From an uncultured virus (IMG/VR IMGVR_UViG_3300042294_002722) (lineage: Duplodnaviria > Heunggongvirae > Uroviricota > Caudoviricetes), in the IMG/VR virus record IMGVR_UViG_3300042294_002722: a DNA stretch of 64,000 nt. One strand, given 5' to 3'. Below the pieces are notes generated by a model that saw only the letters and a list, made by a program, of their open reading frames with translations, ran no database searches and was not told the origin of the DNA. This document shows, piece by piece, positions 9,395 to 19,159 of this stretch (its first letter is position 1; each line of letters starts with the position of its first letter). The translations under genes and the position numbers were made by a program.

Positions 9395-9829
9395 TTAGAT
9401 AAAGCGAACTGCGATAAGTTCTTGGGTCGCGACGTTGGAGGCTTCCTCACAGATCGCAAACACCTTGACAGGGGAACCAGTGGTTTTGATGAGCGTTCCG
9501 TCACCGCCGGAGATCAAAAGATCACCAACTGCGACGTTTTCGCTGGCCTTGAGGCGAGCATAACGCTTTGCACCAGGAATAACGTATTCAGCATAGACGC
9601 GAGTAGCTGCGGCAGCAGAGTCATCTACGCCCAAGCCTTGGTAAGCGTCTTCCAAGAGGATCAAAGAAGCACCGTCGCCACCCGAGGTAGCATGGACGTT
9701 GCACTGAGTAGCCGAAGTCCGGCGAACGAGCATCCCGGGCTTGAGGGTAGCACCGGAAGCAACAATGAACTCTTCCTGTACACCGTCAGGACCGGCAAGT
9801 TTGATTGTGTTTGCAGCAGCGATAGTCAT
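9395..9829 (-). CDS. Head decoration/cement protein
   Basis: 144 aa Ala/Gly-rich, KPGMLV and VAVGDLLISGGDG motifs, directly upstream of MCP. Confidence 0.7.
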   Translation of the reverse strand: MTIAAANTIKLAGPDGVQEEFIVASGATLKPGMLVRRTSATQCNVHATSGGDGASLILLEDAYQGLGVDDSAAAATRVYAEYVIPGAKRYARLKASENVAVGDLLISGGDGTLIKTTGSPVKVFAICEEASNVATQELIAVRFI

Positions 9830-9831
9830 GT

Positions 9832-11019
9832 TTAGCCTTTGACATCAAAGGAAGACGGGGGAAGGAAACCTTTTACAACGACCGAATCACCGGCCATTCC
9901 AGCAGAACCGGCAAACTTAGCCGGGGTCTGTGGCTTGTTTTCTGGGGCAGCGTTGACGACCAAGGCCGCCATCTTCTGCAATGTAACGGTAGGCATTGCT
10001 GCCAGTTCTTCGTTACTGAATGAGTTTTGTGGATTGGCAGCGATTTTGGCGGTCAACGCATTGCGATGATCGGCATTTACAACCAATGCTTCTTCGATTT
10101 GGGCCTTGATCGCGGCGGGCGCGACAGCCAAAACGTCTTCAAGCGATTCTGCCTTGTTAGCGACTGGCACTTCGACAACCTTTTCCACAACTCGTTCGAG
10201 TTTGGTAAGGGCTTCTGCTTGCGAGTCTGACAGAGATTCCACAAAATCCTTGTGGTCATCTCCCAGTGCCTTCAAAAGTTGTTCCTTGGACATGCTGACC
10301 TTCGTATTGGTGATAATAGGCTCGGAGGTATCAGTCTTACTAATTTCAGTCCGATTCCCTATTAGTGTAACTAATCCATCTTTGGCCGTAAAATTTTCGG
10401 TGTAAAAGATGCCATTAAGGGTGTAAGTAGCCACACCCTCGAAGGATTCGTTAGATCGATTTACCAGGAGTCCTGCCCCGTCTTTTACGCTACAGGCCCC
10501 TACGCCGTTAAGGATAATAGCCAGATGGTCCGGTTTGAAATTCCTGGCTTTTCCTTGGTATTCTCGACCGTTGTGAATGCCTTGAGAAAGTTCGTTATCT
10601 ACGAACAAACCAGTAGAAACCTCTAAGGGGGCTTCCTTAGTCAAGGCTTCCTTAATCCTATGAGCGCCGGGAACCGTATCAAGACGGGATTCCTCAAACC
10701 AAGCCTGAGCGCGAAGCTTCTTAGTCTTAGAATTCCAGGATGTATTGAGAACCATGCCGATGCCTACGGTATCGATAGCTTCGGGGGTGCATCCGGAAAT
10801 CTTTACACCATCAGAAGCTTGAGGGTGTCCGACTGTGATTGGCCGGTGATTCCAGCCATTCACACTCTTAGAAATTTCTTCGCCGTCATAGAAAAGTGCG
10901 CCCTGGTTCCCGGCAAAGACTCCTTCCAGAATCATTACTACCGGGGCAACCAGATAGTTACGACCGCCGAGAGTTTTTCTTTGGACTTTCGTTGATAGAT
11001 TCGCAACTAACTTTTCCAT
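9832..11019 (-). CDS. Prohead protease (DUF2213-like) fused to scaffold region
   Basis: PITVGHP, LEVSTG, PDHLAIIL..GACS motifs; helical C-terminus. Confidence 0.85.
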   Translation of the reverse strand: MEKLVANLSTKVQRKTLGGRNYLVAPVVMILEGVFAGNQGALFYDGEEISKSVNGWNHRPITVGHPQASDGVKISGCTPEAIDTVGIGMVLNTSWNSKTKKLRAQAWFEESRLDTVPGAHRIKEALTKEAPLEVSTGLFVDNELSQGIHNGREYQGKARNFKPDHLAIILNGVGACSVKDGAGLLVNRSNESFEGVATYTLNGIFYTENFTAKDGLVTLIGNRTEISKTDTSEPIITNTKVSMSKEQLLKALGDDHKDFVESLSDSQAEALTKLERVVEKVVEVPVANKAESLEDVLAVAPAAIKAQIEEALVVNADHRNALTAKIAANPQNSFSNEELAAMPTVTLQKMAALVVNAAPENKPQTPAKFAGSAGMAGDSVVVKGFLPPSSFDVKG

Positions 11020-11326
11020 CGTTTTTCACCAGATGCAGGGCTTTTTCACCGAGACAGAAGAATTCTGGGATTAAATATCCGAACAGTTCGTTCGTACTCG
11101 CGGTGGGCATTGCGTGTAGAACATGCCAAATTCGGTCGGTTACGGCATCCTTACTATTGTAGTCTGCTGAGTTGCATTGGCAATTTTTGATAGCCTTGCC
11201 AACACTAACAGCCCCAGAAGAGGCTACCACAGAATGATAAGCCCCTTCTACTTTACAGACATCGTCTGCATCGGTGTGAAGGACTTCATAGAACTGCCAT
11301 GCTAAGTCTTGGTTGAAGTTAATCAT
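10958..11326 (-). CDS. Hypothetical protein
   Basis: 122-aa ORF coupled (ATGA overlap) to the portal gene. Confidence 0.5.
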   Translation of the reverse strand: MINFNQDLAWQFYEVLHTDADDVCKVEGAYHSVVASSGAVSVGKAIKNCQCNSADYNSKDAVTDRIWHVLHAMPTASTNELFGYLIPEFFCLGEKALHLVKNDGKVSCESINESPKKNSRRS

Positions 11327-12891
11327 TCTTGTGCCGTTGATGGAAGGGTGGGGGAAATCTTCTTGGGGTCTGCCGGTTGAACGACGTTTTCTGGTGTTTT
11401 CGAGGGGTCTTTGGCTTGATCTGGTTTAGGCATGTTAGGTATAGAGGTCGGGATGTTACCGTCCTGTCCCGTCATACCCAACATTGCCTCTGCCTGCCTA
11501 ATCACCAAAGAGCGGCCTGTTTCAGGGGCTTTCATGATGGCTTCTACTTCCTGATACGGAAGCAGCATGATCTTAGAAAGCCAAGCATCCAGCGGAATAA
11601 TAGATTCTGCACCTGCTGTGGCGTATCTAGCCAATGCCTCAGTTCTCTTCAAACCGACTTCCGCTTTTTCGGCCTGTGTCATTTCGGCCAGCGGGGTCCA
11701 CTTAACACTGTACTGCTTGACTTCGCCGTCTATAATCTCTGGCGAGGGCAACGCGCCGTACTGAATCATGCGGTCCAGTACAGGTCGTATGATTGTAGGG
11801 GCTACATACATTTCTCGCCTCAAAGCCACCCGTTCAGTCCAGGTGATGGAATCCTGCGAGGACGCGACGTTCGCAGACTCTGCTCCGGTAAACAATCGGG
11901 TAGGTATTCCTTTAGTGGTGGCGATAATCCGCAAGATGTTGTTTACAAACGGCTGCGGGTCTGCGATCTGCGGCGTAAGGGACTTCATACTTACGCCAAC
12001 ACCGGCAAAGTACCTAGTAAGTCCTTCCTCCCACTTTTGAATCTCGTCTTTAATCGCGTCCCGTTGTTCTTCGTCCAGTTCACCATTGCGAGGATCGACC
12101 TCAAAACTATAACCTGGGAACCCGCCCTTCCAGAACATCTCGCCTGCGCCTGCCAGAATCTTTCTTAAATCTAGCAGCCTATTAAAGACATTTTCCATTC
12201 GGGGCATTCCGAAGATTTCACTTGTAAGCAGGTTGTCTGCAACGTGAATACATCGCGACCAATGTACTCTAAGAGTCTCGGTAGCCGGGGAGACGTTGGG
12301 AGCTTCTCCCGTAGCGTCGTCGATTGTTGGCTCATAGAATTGCAAATTGTAATACTTTGGAAGCCCGTATCGAGGGTTTGTCCGGTCGGTTTCGTAGGCT
12401 GCGATCTGTACAGAGGATTCGTCAAACACTCTGTAGTAAAGCACTTTGGATTCCCCGGGTGTTTTAGACGGACGGTCTATGGAAAATCCGGGAGCAGGTT
12501 TATCAAAGTCTTTGCCGTCATCCAAGCCGACGAATAAAAGCCCAAAGCGACCAATCCCACTAACTCGGTCGAGGCGATGAAGATACGAAAATAATCGAGT
12601 CGAAGATACCAACTTATCAACTGCGACTTCAAAAGCTGTTTCACGTTCTTCCTCCGTTTCCCAGATTTGAGGGTACTCTTTCCAACATTCATTTGGTTCC
12701 AAATCCACCACCCGGCTGGCGACATCGTTTCGCCTGTACATCCGAGCATAGTCGCGGGTAGCTATTTGCTCTGGATAGCCGCATTCCTTATCCACATCCC
12801 GAGTGCCGTAACGCCCGTCTAGCAACTTACTTAGGAACGAGGTCCGACTAAGCAGCGAATTTACGACAAAAGCATTGGTTAGATCGCTCAT
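11323..12891 (-). CDS. Portal protein (DUF1073-type)
   Basis: YARMYRRNDVASRVVD, NPRYGLPKYY, VHWSRCIHV, GIPTRLFTG motifs; directly downstream of terL. Confidence 0.85.
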   Translation of the reverse strand: MSDLTNAFVVNSLLSRTSFLSKLLDGRYGTRDVDKECGYPEQIATRDYARMYRRNDVASRVVDLEPNECWKEYPQIWETEEERETAFEVAVDKLVSSTRLFSYLHRLDRVSGIGRFGLLFVGLDDGKDFDKPAPGFSIDRPSKTPGESKVLYYRVFDESSVQIAAYETDRTNPRYGLPKYYNLQFYEPTIDDATGEAPNVSPATETLRVHWSRCIHVADNLLTSEIFGMPRMENVFNRLLDLRKILAGAGEMFWKGGFPGYSFEVDPRNGELDEEQRDAIKDEIQKWEEGLTRYFAGVGVSMKSLTPQIADPQPFVNNILRIIATTKGIPTRLFTGAESANVASSQDSITWTERVALRREMYVAPTIIRPVLDRMIQYGALPSPEIIDGEVKQYSVKWTPLAEMTQAEKAEVGLKRTEALARYATAGAESIIPLDAWLSKIMLLPYQEVEAIMKAPETGRSLVIRQAEAMLGMTGQDGNIPTSIPNMPKPDQAKDPSKTPENVVQPADPKKISPTLPSTAQE

Positions 12892-14312
12892 TAGAGTACG
12901 CCTAGTCTGACTTGATTACGTTGCAAAAGGGAAAAGGCTCCAGACGAAGCATCGACTTGGTCATCGTTTTTCCCATTTGGAAAAAACGCCAATTCCTCGA
13001 AATAGGGTTTTAGGTAAGGGCCTTTTACTATGTAAACAGTGCCTGCGTTGACCTGGACACTAAACGTATCGGCCCGTAATTCTTTCTTGCCGCTAGCTGT
13101 CATGGCTTCCACAGGAAATCCTGCTAGTCGCTTAATGGTTTCTCGGGCCGAATCAACGCCTGCGGAACCGGGTTCTTGTTCGATCCCTATTCGCACTCTT
13201 GCACCGTCCGAAATAGCTGTTCGCAGAATAACTTGCTCACGCTCATCGGTAGACCACTGACCTCGTTTGATATCCAAAATCCAGTAAGTACCGTCCTTGT
13301 GCAGACCCATTTTAACACCAACAGTGAAGTCGGCATAATTCTTGGCAGTGGCGGCCTTATCCCAGAACCTAACGATTTTCTTAAAAGCTGCCGGTGGAGG
13401 GGGATAATCTACCTCTACGATCCGGTCGGGCTTGAACATACCCCCGCCAAGGGGAATCGGGTCTTGCAGAATCTGCCCAGAGTACCCGAATTGGCCCATT
13501 TCGGTCTTCAATCGTTCTAAAACCAGCCTAGAAAGCCTCACGGGATCAAATAATCCGTCAACATATTGATCCCGAAGTTCCAGCGGGGTCACTTTTTCAG
13601 TGATTTCCCCTGGCAGGCAAATGTGCCTAATTCGGTCAGACCCCCGAGAAAGGTACAATTCAGAAGGGTCGTTTTGGTGCAGTCTTTGCATCGTAACGAA
13701 GGTTACGGTCACATCCTTGTTGACTTTTCGGCTTGTAATGGTTTCCTTACACCATGTATTAGCCGTTTCCAGGTCGGCACGGGATCGCACCCCCTTGGGG
13801 TCGATGGGATCGTCAATACTGATGATGTGCGCGTGCATCCCCGTCACAGAGCCGCCTACGGCAACCGCATAACGATCTCCCCCAAGTGTGTTAGCCCAGT
13901 GGCTTTTACTGGTTGTGTCTGGTGACAATTTGATGTGGGGAAACGCCCGCTGATATAAAGGACTTTCCAGAATCTGCCGGGACTTTCCGGACAAGTCCAA
14001 AGCTAGTGCGTCCGTGTAGGACGCTCCGATAATCCGCAAGTGTGGGGCTTTAGTCCAAGCCCAAGGAGCTAGCATGACCGAGAATAGCGTGGATTTCGTG
14101 GTCCCTGGGGAGATATTGGTCAGAATGTCGTGGGGGCAATCTTCGCCCGCGATAACTCGTTCGACGGCTTCTTGGATAACGTCGCACAGGTAGCGGATAT
14201 GCCAGTTGAAAACTGGCGGGTCTTTGATGATGGTGTGCCAGAAATTCTTCACAAAGGCAAAATAGCTATCACGGCAAGTCTCTGCCAGTAATTTGTAGTA
14301 GTCTAATTCCAC
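12891..14312 (-). CDS. terL: Terminase large subunit
   Basis: NISPGTTKST (Walker A variant), IISIDDPIDP (Walker B), MQRLHQND, RFWDKAAT, FFPNGKNDDQVDA nuclease motif. Confidence 0.95.
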   Translation of the reverse strand: MELDYYKLLAETCRDSYFAFVKNFWHTIIKDPPVFNWHIRYLCDVIQEAVERVIAGEDCPHDILTNISPGTTKSTLFSVMLAPWAWTKAPHLRIIGASYTDALALDLSGKSRQILESPLYQRAFPHIKLSPDTTSKSHWANTLGGDRYAVAVGGSVTGMHAHIISIDDPIDPKGVRSRADLETANTWCKETITSRKVNKDVTVTFVTMQRLHQNDPSELYLSRGSDRIRHICLPGEITEKVTPLELRDQYVDGLFDPVRLSRLVLERLKTEMGQFGYSGQILQDPIPLGGGMFKPDRIVEVDYPPPPAAFKKIVRFWDKAATAKNYADFTVGVKMGLHKDGTYWILDIKRGQWSTDEREQVILRTAISDGARVRIGIEQEPGSAGVDSARETIKRLAGFPVEAMTASGKKELRADTFSVQVNAGTVYIVKGPYLKPYFEELAFFPNGKNDDQVDASSGAFSLLQRNQVRLGVL

Positions 14313-14383
14313 CTTGTTCTTTTCTTGCTGATGTGCGATAATCCTCGGTAGCTGCTGTAGGCTATATTAGCGTAACTGATTCT

Positions 14384-14827
14384 GTGTCTCAACTTTTAGA
14401 AAGACTTATGGTACACGAAATACCTACTCGCGCGGACCTTGCTAAAGCCGAAAAACTGGCAAAACGGATGCTAAACTTCCACAAACAGCAGGAAGTCAGG
14501 GTTCTGGCTAAGAACTATCTCTGGCTAGTACACCAGATGGACCTCTATGTCGAGTCTATGTACCCTTGTTTCGAGATCGTCGAAACTCAGATCAGGCAAA
14601 ATCGCCATGTCCTTGAGTTTGATGCGGATGGGGTATTTCGGCTCAAAGACCCACAGACTGGGAAACATCTTTTCACAGGTCAGACGCTGAAAGACCTGTT
14701 TCTGAATGCAGTTTTGTGGGGCAGTGACTGGCCTTCGGATGAGGAATTCAAGGAAATTTGCCAAGAAGAAGACCAAATCGCGGGGCTAGAGCCGATAGAT
14801 GAAACAGATTCTGGAAGTGAAGACTAG
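14384..14827 (+). CDS. Hypothetical protein
   Basis: 147-aa ORF divergent from terL; start uncertain. Confidence 0.55.
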   Translation: MSQLLERLMVHEIPTRADLAKAEKLAKRMLNFHKQQEVRVLAKNYLWLVHQMDLYVESMYPCFEIVETQIRQNRHVLEFDADGVFRLKDPQTGKHLFTGQTLKDLFLNAVLWGSDWPSDEEFKEICQEEDQIAGLEPIDETDSGSED

Positions 14828-14845
14828 CACAAGAAAGGCAGAAAC

Positions 14846-15427
14846 ATGGCATCGAAAGAATCTCTTTACCGACTAGCTACACTAGAAATGTTCCAAAAAT
14901 GCGCCCCCGAGAGCGCCGAAGACCTAGAACTGATGAACGCATTTCTCCAGACATCGCTGGAGACAAGCATTTCCATGCTTCTCGGTATCAGGGGAGAGCC
15001 ATCGGCAGCCTTTGTCGGGGAATACTTCGGCTTTGCCTTGCACAATCTTGTGTGGCTAGCGATGCCCGGGACCGAGGGCGACTCCAAATCCTGCAACATA
15101 GACAACGCACTTACGACCGTGAGTGCTATGGCACTTGCCAAGTCGTACTCGCTCGGGGAAGACGATCCAGTAGCTAGGCAGGCTTGCATCAACGAGTACA
15201 TCGGTGTTATGTTGAAATGCTACGTTGTTGCCGTGACTGCTTCTCTGACGGTTCAATTCAGGGGTAAGGTAGGGGACGAGCTTGTGGATTCGATCCAGTC
15301 TGAATTCATGGATCGGGTTTCCGAAGTCAACCAGGAATTCGTGGATCGGTGGAGTGGTTTTTTGTCCGAAAAGTACGGAATTCGGCTCAAAGCCAAAAAA
15401 GCTAATCTCGATAAAGAGACAGATTAA
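14846..15427 (+). CDS. Hypothetical protein
   Basis: 193-aa ORF with GAAAGG RBS. Confidence 0.6.
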   Translation: MASKESLYRLATLEMFQKCAPESAEDLELMNAFLQTSLETSISMLLGIRGEPSAAFVGEYFGFALHNLVWLAMPGTEGDSKSCNIDNALTTVSAMALAKSYSLGEDDPVARQACINEYIGVMLKCYVVAVTASLTVQFRGKVGDELVDSIQSEFMDRVSEVNQEFVDRWSGFLSEKYGIRLKAKKANLDKETD

Positions 15428-15429
15428 AC

Positions 15430-15885
15430 ATGGGATGGACCCTAAAAACGCTCGTAAGTGTACTGTTTTGTATCATTCCTGGTACAAAATACCTCAATAA
15501 CGGGCCAATTAGGGTCGATTTGATTGAGGTAAACCATGTACATAGGCCCTCTGACGGGGCCTATGTGTTCTCTCAGGTCGTTTATTGGAAGCAGTATTGG
15601 ACCTCAAAAGGGCGCAAATTCAAGGCAGTAGACTGGGCAATGCTCGATCACAACTCCCTTCCCACTGCTTGGCCTCTAAAATCCCATGAAGGCTGGGTTT
15701 CTTTGGTTACTAGGCATATCGGAAAACTCAACCAAACCGCGCTTGTAAAGGTAGTTTCTCCGCATTTCCGGGAATCCTGGACAATGTATGATGTGGAGAT
15801 AGCAGATCGGCAAGCCTGGAACTACGAAACACGCGAAGACTTGTTTGACATACCGAGTTACCCAGAAAACGAGGAAAACCCATGA
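15430..15885 (+). CDS. Hypothetical secreted/membrane protein
   Basis: Hydrophobic N-terminus; VDLIEVNH...ESWTMYDVE. Confidence 0.6.
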   Translation: MGWTLKTLVSVLFCIIPGTKYLNNGPIRVDLIEVNHVHRPSDGAYVFSQVVYWKQYWTSKGRKFKAVDWAMLDHNSLPTAWPLKSHEGWVSLVTRHIGKLNQTALVKVVSPHFRESWTMYDVEIADRQAWNYETREDLFDIPSYPENEENP

Positions 15886-16097
15886 CCCCAGAAGAAGCAT
15901 GGCAACATGTACAAGCCTTGTTTCCGGACGTTGTTCGTATTGATCGCTTCACCGACCCCGCTATTGGTTGCTGGCGGGATTCCGGCATCCTAGTTCGCGA
16001 CCATTTTTTAGTGCGTATTTCGCCCGGGGTCATTCAGTGGCCCGAAGGCGTTACTCGATGGCCCCCGGAGGACCAAAATGGCGAAAGTAGAGCTTAA
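15882..16097 (+). CDS. Hypothetical protein
   Basis: 71-aa ORF with ATGA coupling. Confidence 0.55.
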   Translation: MTPEEAWQHVQALFPDVVRIDRFTDPAIGCWRDSGILVRDHFLVRISPGVIQWPEGVTRWPPEDQNGESRA

Positions 16098-16511
16098 CCC
16101 AGAACAATATGTGTACGACCACGTTACCGTGTACAAAGTAATCGATGGCGACACCGTCGATGTCTTGATAGACCTTGGATTCTACTTGCAAATCAAGCAA
16201 GAATCCGGGTTTTAGACTTCAACGCACCCGAAACCAACACTCCCGAGGGTAAAAAGGCCAAAGTTTACGCCAAAAACCTGCTTCCAAAGGGCAAAAACAT
16301 CATCCTTACGACCTCTTCGGTCAAGGCAATGGACGGTTTTCGGCGCTATTTAGGGCAGATTTTCGTGATTCAGGAGGACGGGGAACTGGCTCTTTTCTCG
16401 GATTTGATGATCCAAAACGGCCACGGAACCCTCTGGAAACAGGGTCAAGAAGTCAAAATTCACGAAGAATTGTCGGTTTATGTAGAGAAAGGACCGGAAT
16501 CCAATGCCTAA
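16078..16511 (+). pseudogene. Thermonuclease (SNase-like) gene with a 1-bp frameshift near 16200
   Basis: Frame 1 gives KVIDGDTVDVLIDLGF then stops; shifting -1 at CAAGAATC restores RIRVLDFNAPET...DGFRRYLG. Confidence 0.8.
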
Positions 16512-17418
16512 TGACCCGGTTTTACAGGGGGATATGCTCGAAATCCTCAAAACCTACGAAGACGATACCTTCGATCTAGTGTTCTGCTCCCCTCCCTACG
16601 AGGATTTGCGGCTGTACGGGGAGCTAGGTTACTCTTTGACCGGGCAAGACTGGGTAGACTGGTCTGTCGAGTGATACAAGGAGTGCTATCGCGTTTGCAA
16701 GGGTCTGGTAGCCTGGGTAGTTGAAGGTAAGACTAGGAAGTTTCGGTGGTCGGCTACTCCTGCGCTCCTGATGGCTGATTTACACCGCGCAGGTGTCCGT
16801 CTCCGCAAGCCCCCAGCTTACCATCGAGTCGGTATCCCCGGCTCAGGGGGTCCAGATTGGCTTAGAAATGATTACGAGTTCATCGTGTGTGCCTCTAAGG
16901 GTAAACTGCCGTGGAGCGATAACACGGCCTGTGGAGGGCCTCCAAAGTATGCCCCGGGAGGAGATATGAGCCACCGCACTCAAAACGGAGATAGGGTGAA
17001 TGCGGTAAAGCAACTTGCTAAAAACCTGGAGGTGACTAACCGCGAGGCTGCTAAAATACTTGGAGAAGAATTCGGTTCAGCCACCTCGGGTACAGTCTCC
17101 GGGGATGTTCAGACTCTTCGTGTGTACATTCCACCCGAAAAGTCTAACCCAGGCAACGTGATCCACTGCAAGGTAGGAGGAGGCTTAATGGGCAGCCCAT
17201 TAGCCCATGAGAACGAAGCTCCATTTCCAGAGAAGCTGGCAGAGTTTTTCGTAAAGTCCTTCTGCCCGCCCGAAGGCATCGTTCTTGACCCATTCTGCGG
17301 GTCAGGGACCACGCTAGCAGTTGCCAAGCGACTCAACCGGCATTATCAAGGCATCGATATCCGTCAATCCCAAGTAGACCTAGCCACCAGGAGACTGGAA
17401 TGCACGACGAATTCATAG
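16504..17418 (+). pseudogene. DNA N4-cytosine/N6-adenine methyltransferase (beta class) with an in-frame TGA at 16672-16674
   Basis: QGDMLEIL...DLVFCSPPY lies upstream of the TGA and in frame with HEAPFP-like and VLDPFCGSGTT motifs downstream. Confidence 0.85.
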
Positions 17419-17630
17419 AGCAAGGCATCGTTTTCAGCACGTTGCCCCCGGAATCCTTCCAGGAACAGCCGCTCAACGTCACCCAGTACCAAACCCAGGC
17501 AGACCAAAACAACGAGCTAGGGCGTAAAATCCTGGCCCTTTACCAGGAAATCGACCACCTCAAAGAAGAGGTGAACCATTGGAGGCGCAAGCACCAAGAA
17601 CTCCAAAGGCTCCTAACCTTCTACCGATAA
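17400..17630 (+). CDS. Hypothetical coiled-coil protein
   Basis: 76-aa ORF overlapping the MTase end, AGGAG RBS. Confidence 0.5.
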   Translation: MHDEFIEQGIVFSTLPPESFQEQPLNVTQYQTQADQNNELGRKILALYQEIDHLKEEVNHWRRKHQELQRLLTFYR

Positions 17631-17642
17631 GGATCATACCCC

Positions 17643-17867
17643 ATGCTAGCTGAATTCAGTTTCCTTCTCCTGGGCCTCCTAGCCTTAATCGTCCTAGCCT
17701 CCCTAGGCCGCCTATGCCTCATCCTCCACGATCTGAAACTGGAGATCCTCCAGATCCAGAACGACCTAGACCGCATAGAATCCAACGTAGACACCATAGC
17801 CGAGGCTACCACCTACGAGATCAATAGCCTCCGCGAACGCGCTGACGACCTAGAGCAAGGCTCCTAG
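17643..17867 (+). CDS. Membrane-anchored coiled-coil small protein
   Basis: N-terminal transmembrane segment, AAGGA RBS. Confidence 0.55.
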   Translation: MLAEFSFLLLGLLALIVLASLGRLCLILHDLKLEILQIQNDLDRIESNVDTIAEATTYEINSLRERADDLEQGS

Positions 17868-18277
17868 CAGTCTTGGGTTTTTCCTCCCCAATAAGGGTTG
17901 CACTTTCCACATCCACATCGCCCTTCTAAATGCAATGCCGCCAGCCGTAATAACTCAGGGTCATCTTTGAAGTGGCCTAGCCCCAAATTACAATTAGTGC
18001 ATAACGCTCCGCGAACGTCCCCTGTTTTATGGTCATGGTCAATAGCTAATTGTGTTTTTTGCGTAGCTCCGCAGATGATACACTCTGTGATCTGCCGTGC
18101 TTCGAGAGCTTTGCCCATGTCTGTTATTCCGGCAGGTACTCTAGCAGATTTTCGATACGAGTTTCTACATGCCCTACACCAAGAATCAAATCCGTTAGAC
18201 TTTTTGTTATGAGGAGGGAAATACTCTAATGTAGCAGGCTTTTCTTCTTTGCACTTGGTACATCTTAGCAGTCCCAT
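17864..18277 (-). CDS. Recombination endonuclease VII-family HNH endonuclease
   Basis: CIICG...LAIDHDHKTGDVRGALCTNCNLGLGHFKDD. Confidence 0.9.
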   Translation of the reverse strand: MGLLRCTKCKEEKPATLEYFPPHNKKSNGFDSWCRACRNSYRKSARVPAGITDMGKALEARQITECIICGATQKTQLAIDHDHKTGDVRGALCTNCNLGLGHFKDDPELLRLAALHLEGRCGCGKCNPYWGGKTQDC

Positions 18278-18540
18278 TTCCGTCTAGCCTTTCTAAGTCT
18301 GCTATTTGGGTCTGCTGCTGCTTCGGGGTACATTTTCATCTGTCCTTTACTCCTACTACAGAATGACTCCCTCCTAGCCGCCGACTTAGGCGACCTAGCC
18401 GCCTCTTCCCGCGATACCGGGGGTTTTAGATTAGACCCCGGGTTCTCTCGCTCGTAGGACTTCCTACCCTTCTCATTTAGGCCCCCTTCTGGGTTCTTGC
18501 CTTCCTTCCGCTGCCAACTAGCCGATTTCTTCTTAGGCAT
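18265..18540 (-). CDS. Conserved small basic phage protein
   Basis: GGLNEKGRKSY...RRESFCSR...DPNSRLRKARRKWDC; AGGAGG RBS before ATG 18540. Confidence 0.7.
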   Translation of the reverse strand: MPKKKSASWQRKEGKNPEGGLNEKGRKSYERENPGSNLKPPVSREEAARSPKSAARRESFCSRSKGQMKMYPEAAADPNSRLRKARRKWDC

Positions 18541-18838
18541 TCTGTTGCCCTCCTGTAAGTGAACAAAGCCCCATTGTAGCACATCCTAGGACTTCGCTTC
18601 CCGGGAACTTGGTTTCCCGCAATTCCCCGGTGTTTGGGGAACGGGGTATATAAAAAATTTTTAGAGTTCTAAAAAATTTTCTAATAATACGGATAGCTGA
18701 GCGCGCCTCCCCGGTAGAGGGGGTCCTAGGGCAAAATATCCGCCACTGACCCCCCTCTAAGGGCGTACCCCCCAAATGGTGGAATTGTATGGTTGTATTG
18801 GTACAACCATACGTTCATGGTTCCTAGTTGCAATTCGA

Positions 18839-19001
18839 TTGCTCCTGCGCCATGGTTGCTCCTGCGCCATGGTTGCCCCTGCGCCATGGTTGCTCCTGCG
18901 CCATGGTTGCCCCTGCGCCATGGTTGCCCCTGCGCCATGGTTGCCCCTGCGCCATGGTTGCCCCTGCGCCATGGTTGCCCCTGCGCCATGGTTGCCCCTG
19001 C
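18839..19001. repeat. 17-bp tandem repeat, (CCTGCGCCATGGTTGCY) x ~9.5
   Basis: Units start at 18844, 18861 ... 18997. Confidence 0.97.
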
Positions 19002-19159
19002 ACCAGATATCGGAATGTTCCGATATGACAATATGGGGAAATCTTTTTCCAGGATACACTTTTTCCGATTGTCACAAACACGAAAAGACGATATCGTGTA
19101 TGGCGGGGGAATTGTTCCCCCAAGTGTAGTTAGGTTTCCTAGGTTAAAGGGTTAGAACA

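Noticed and set aside
16672..16674. Genome-wide stop-codon reassignment suggested by the in-frame TGA
   Set aside because: TGA, TAG and TAA all terminate well-supported genes elsewhere and standard-code coding density is high
18726..19155. Six overlapping ORFs with GAGATMAQGQPWRR / MVAPAPWLPL repeats
   Set aside because: Products of a stop-free 17-bp repeat that is open in all frames; the period is not a multiple of 3 and there is no RBS
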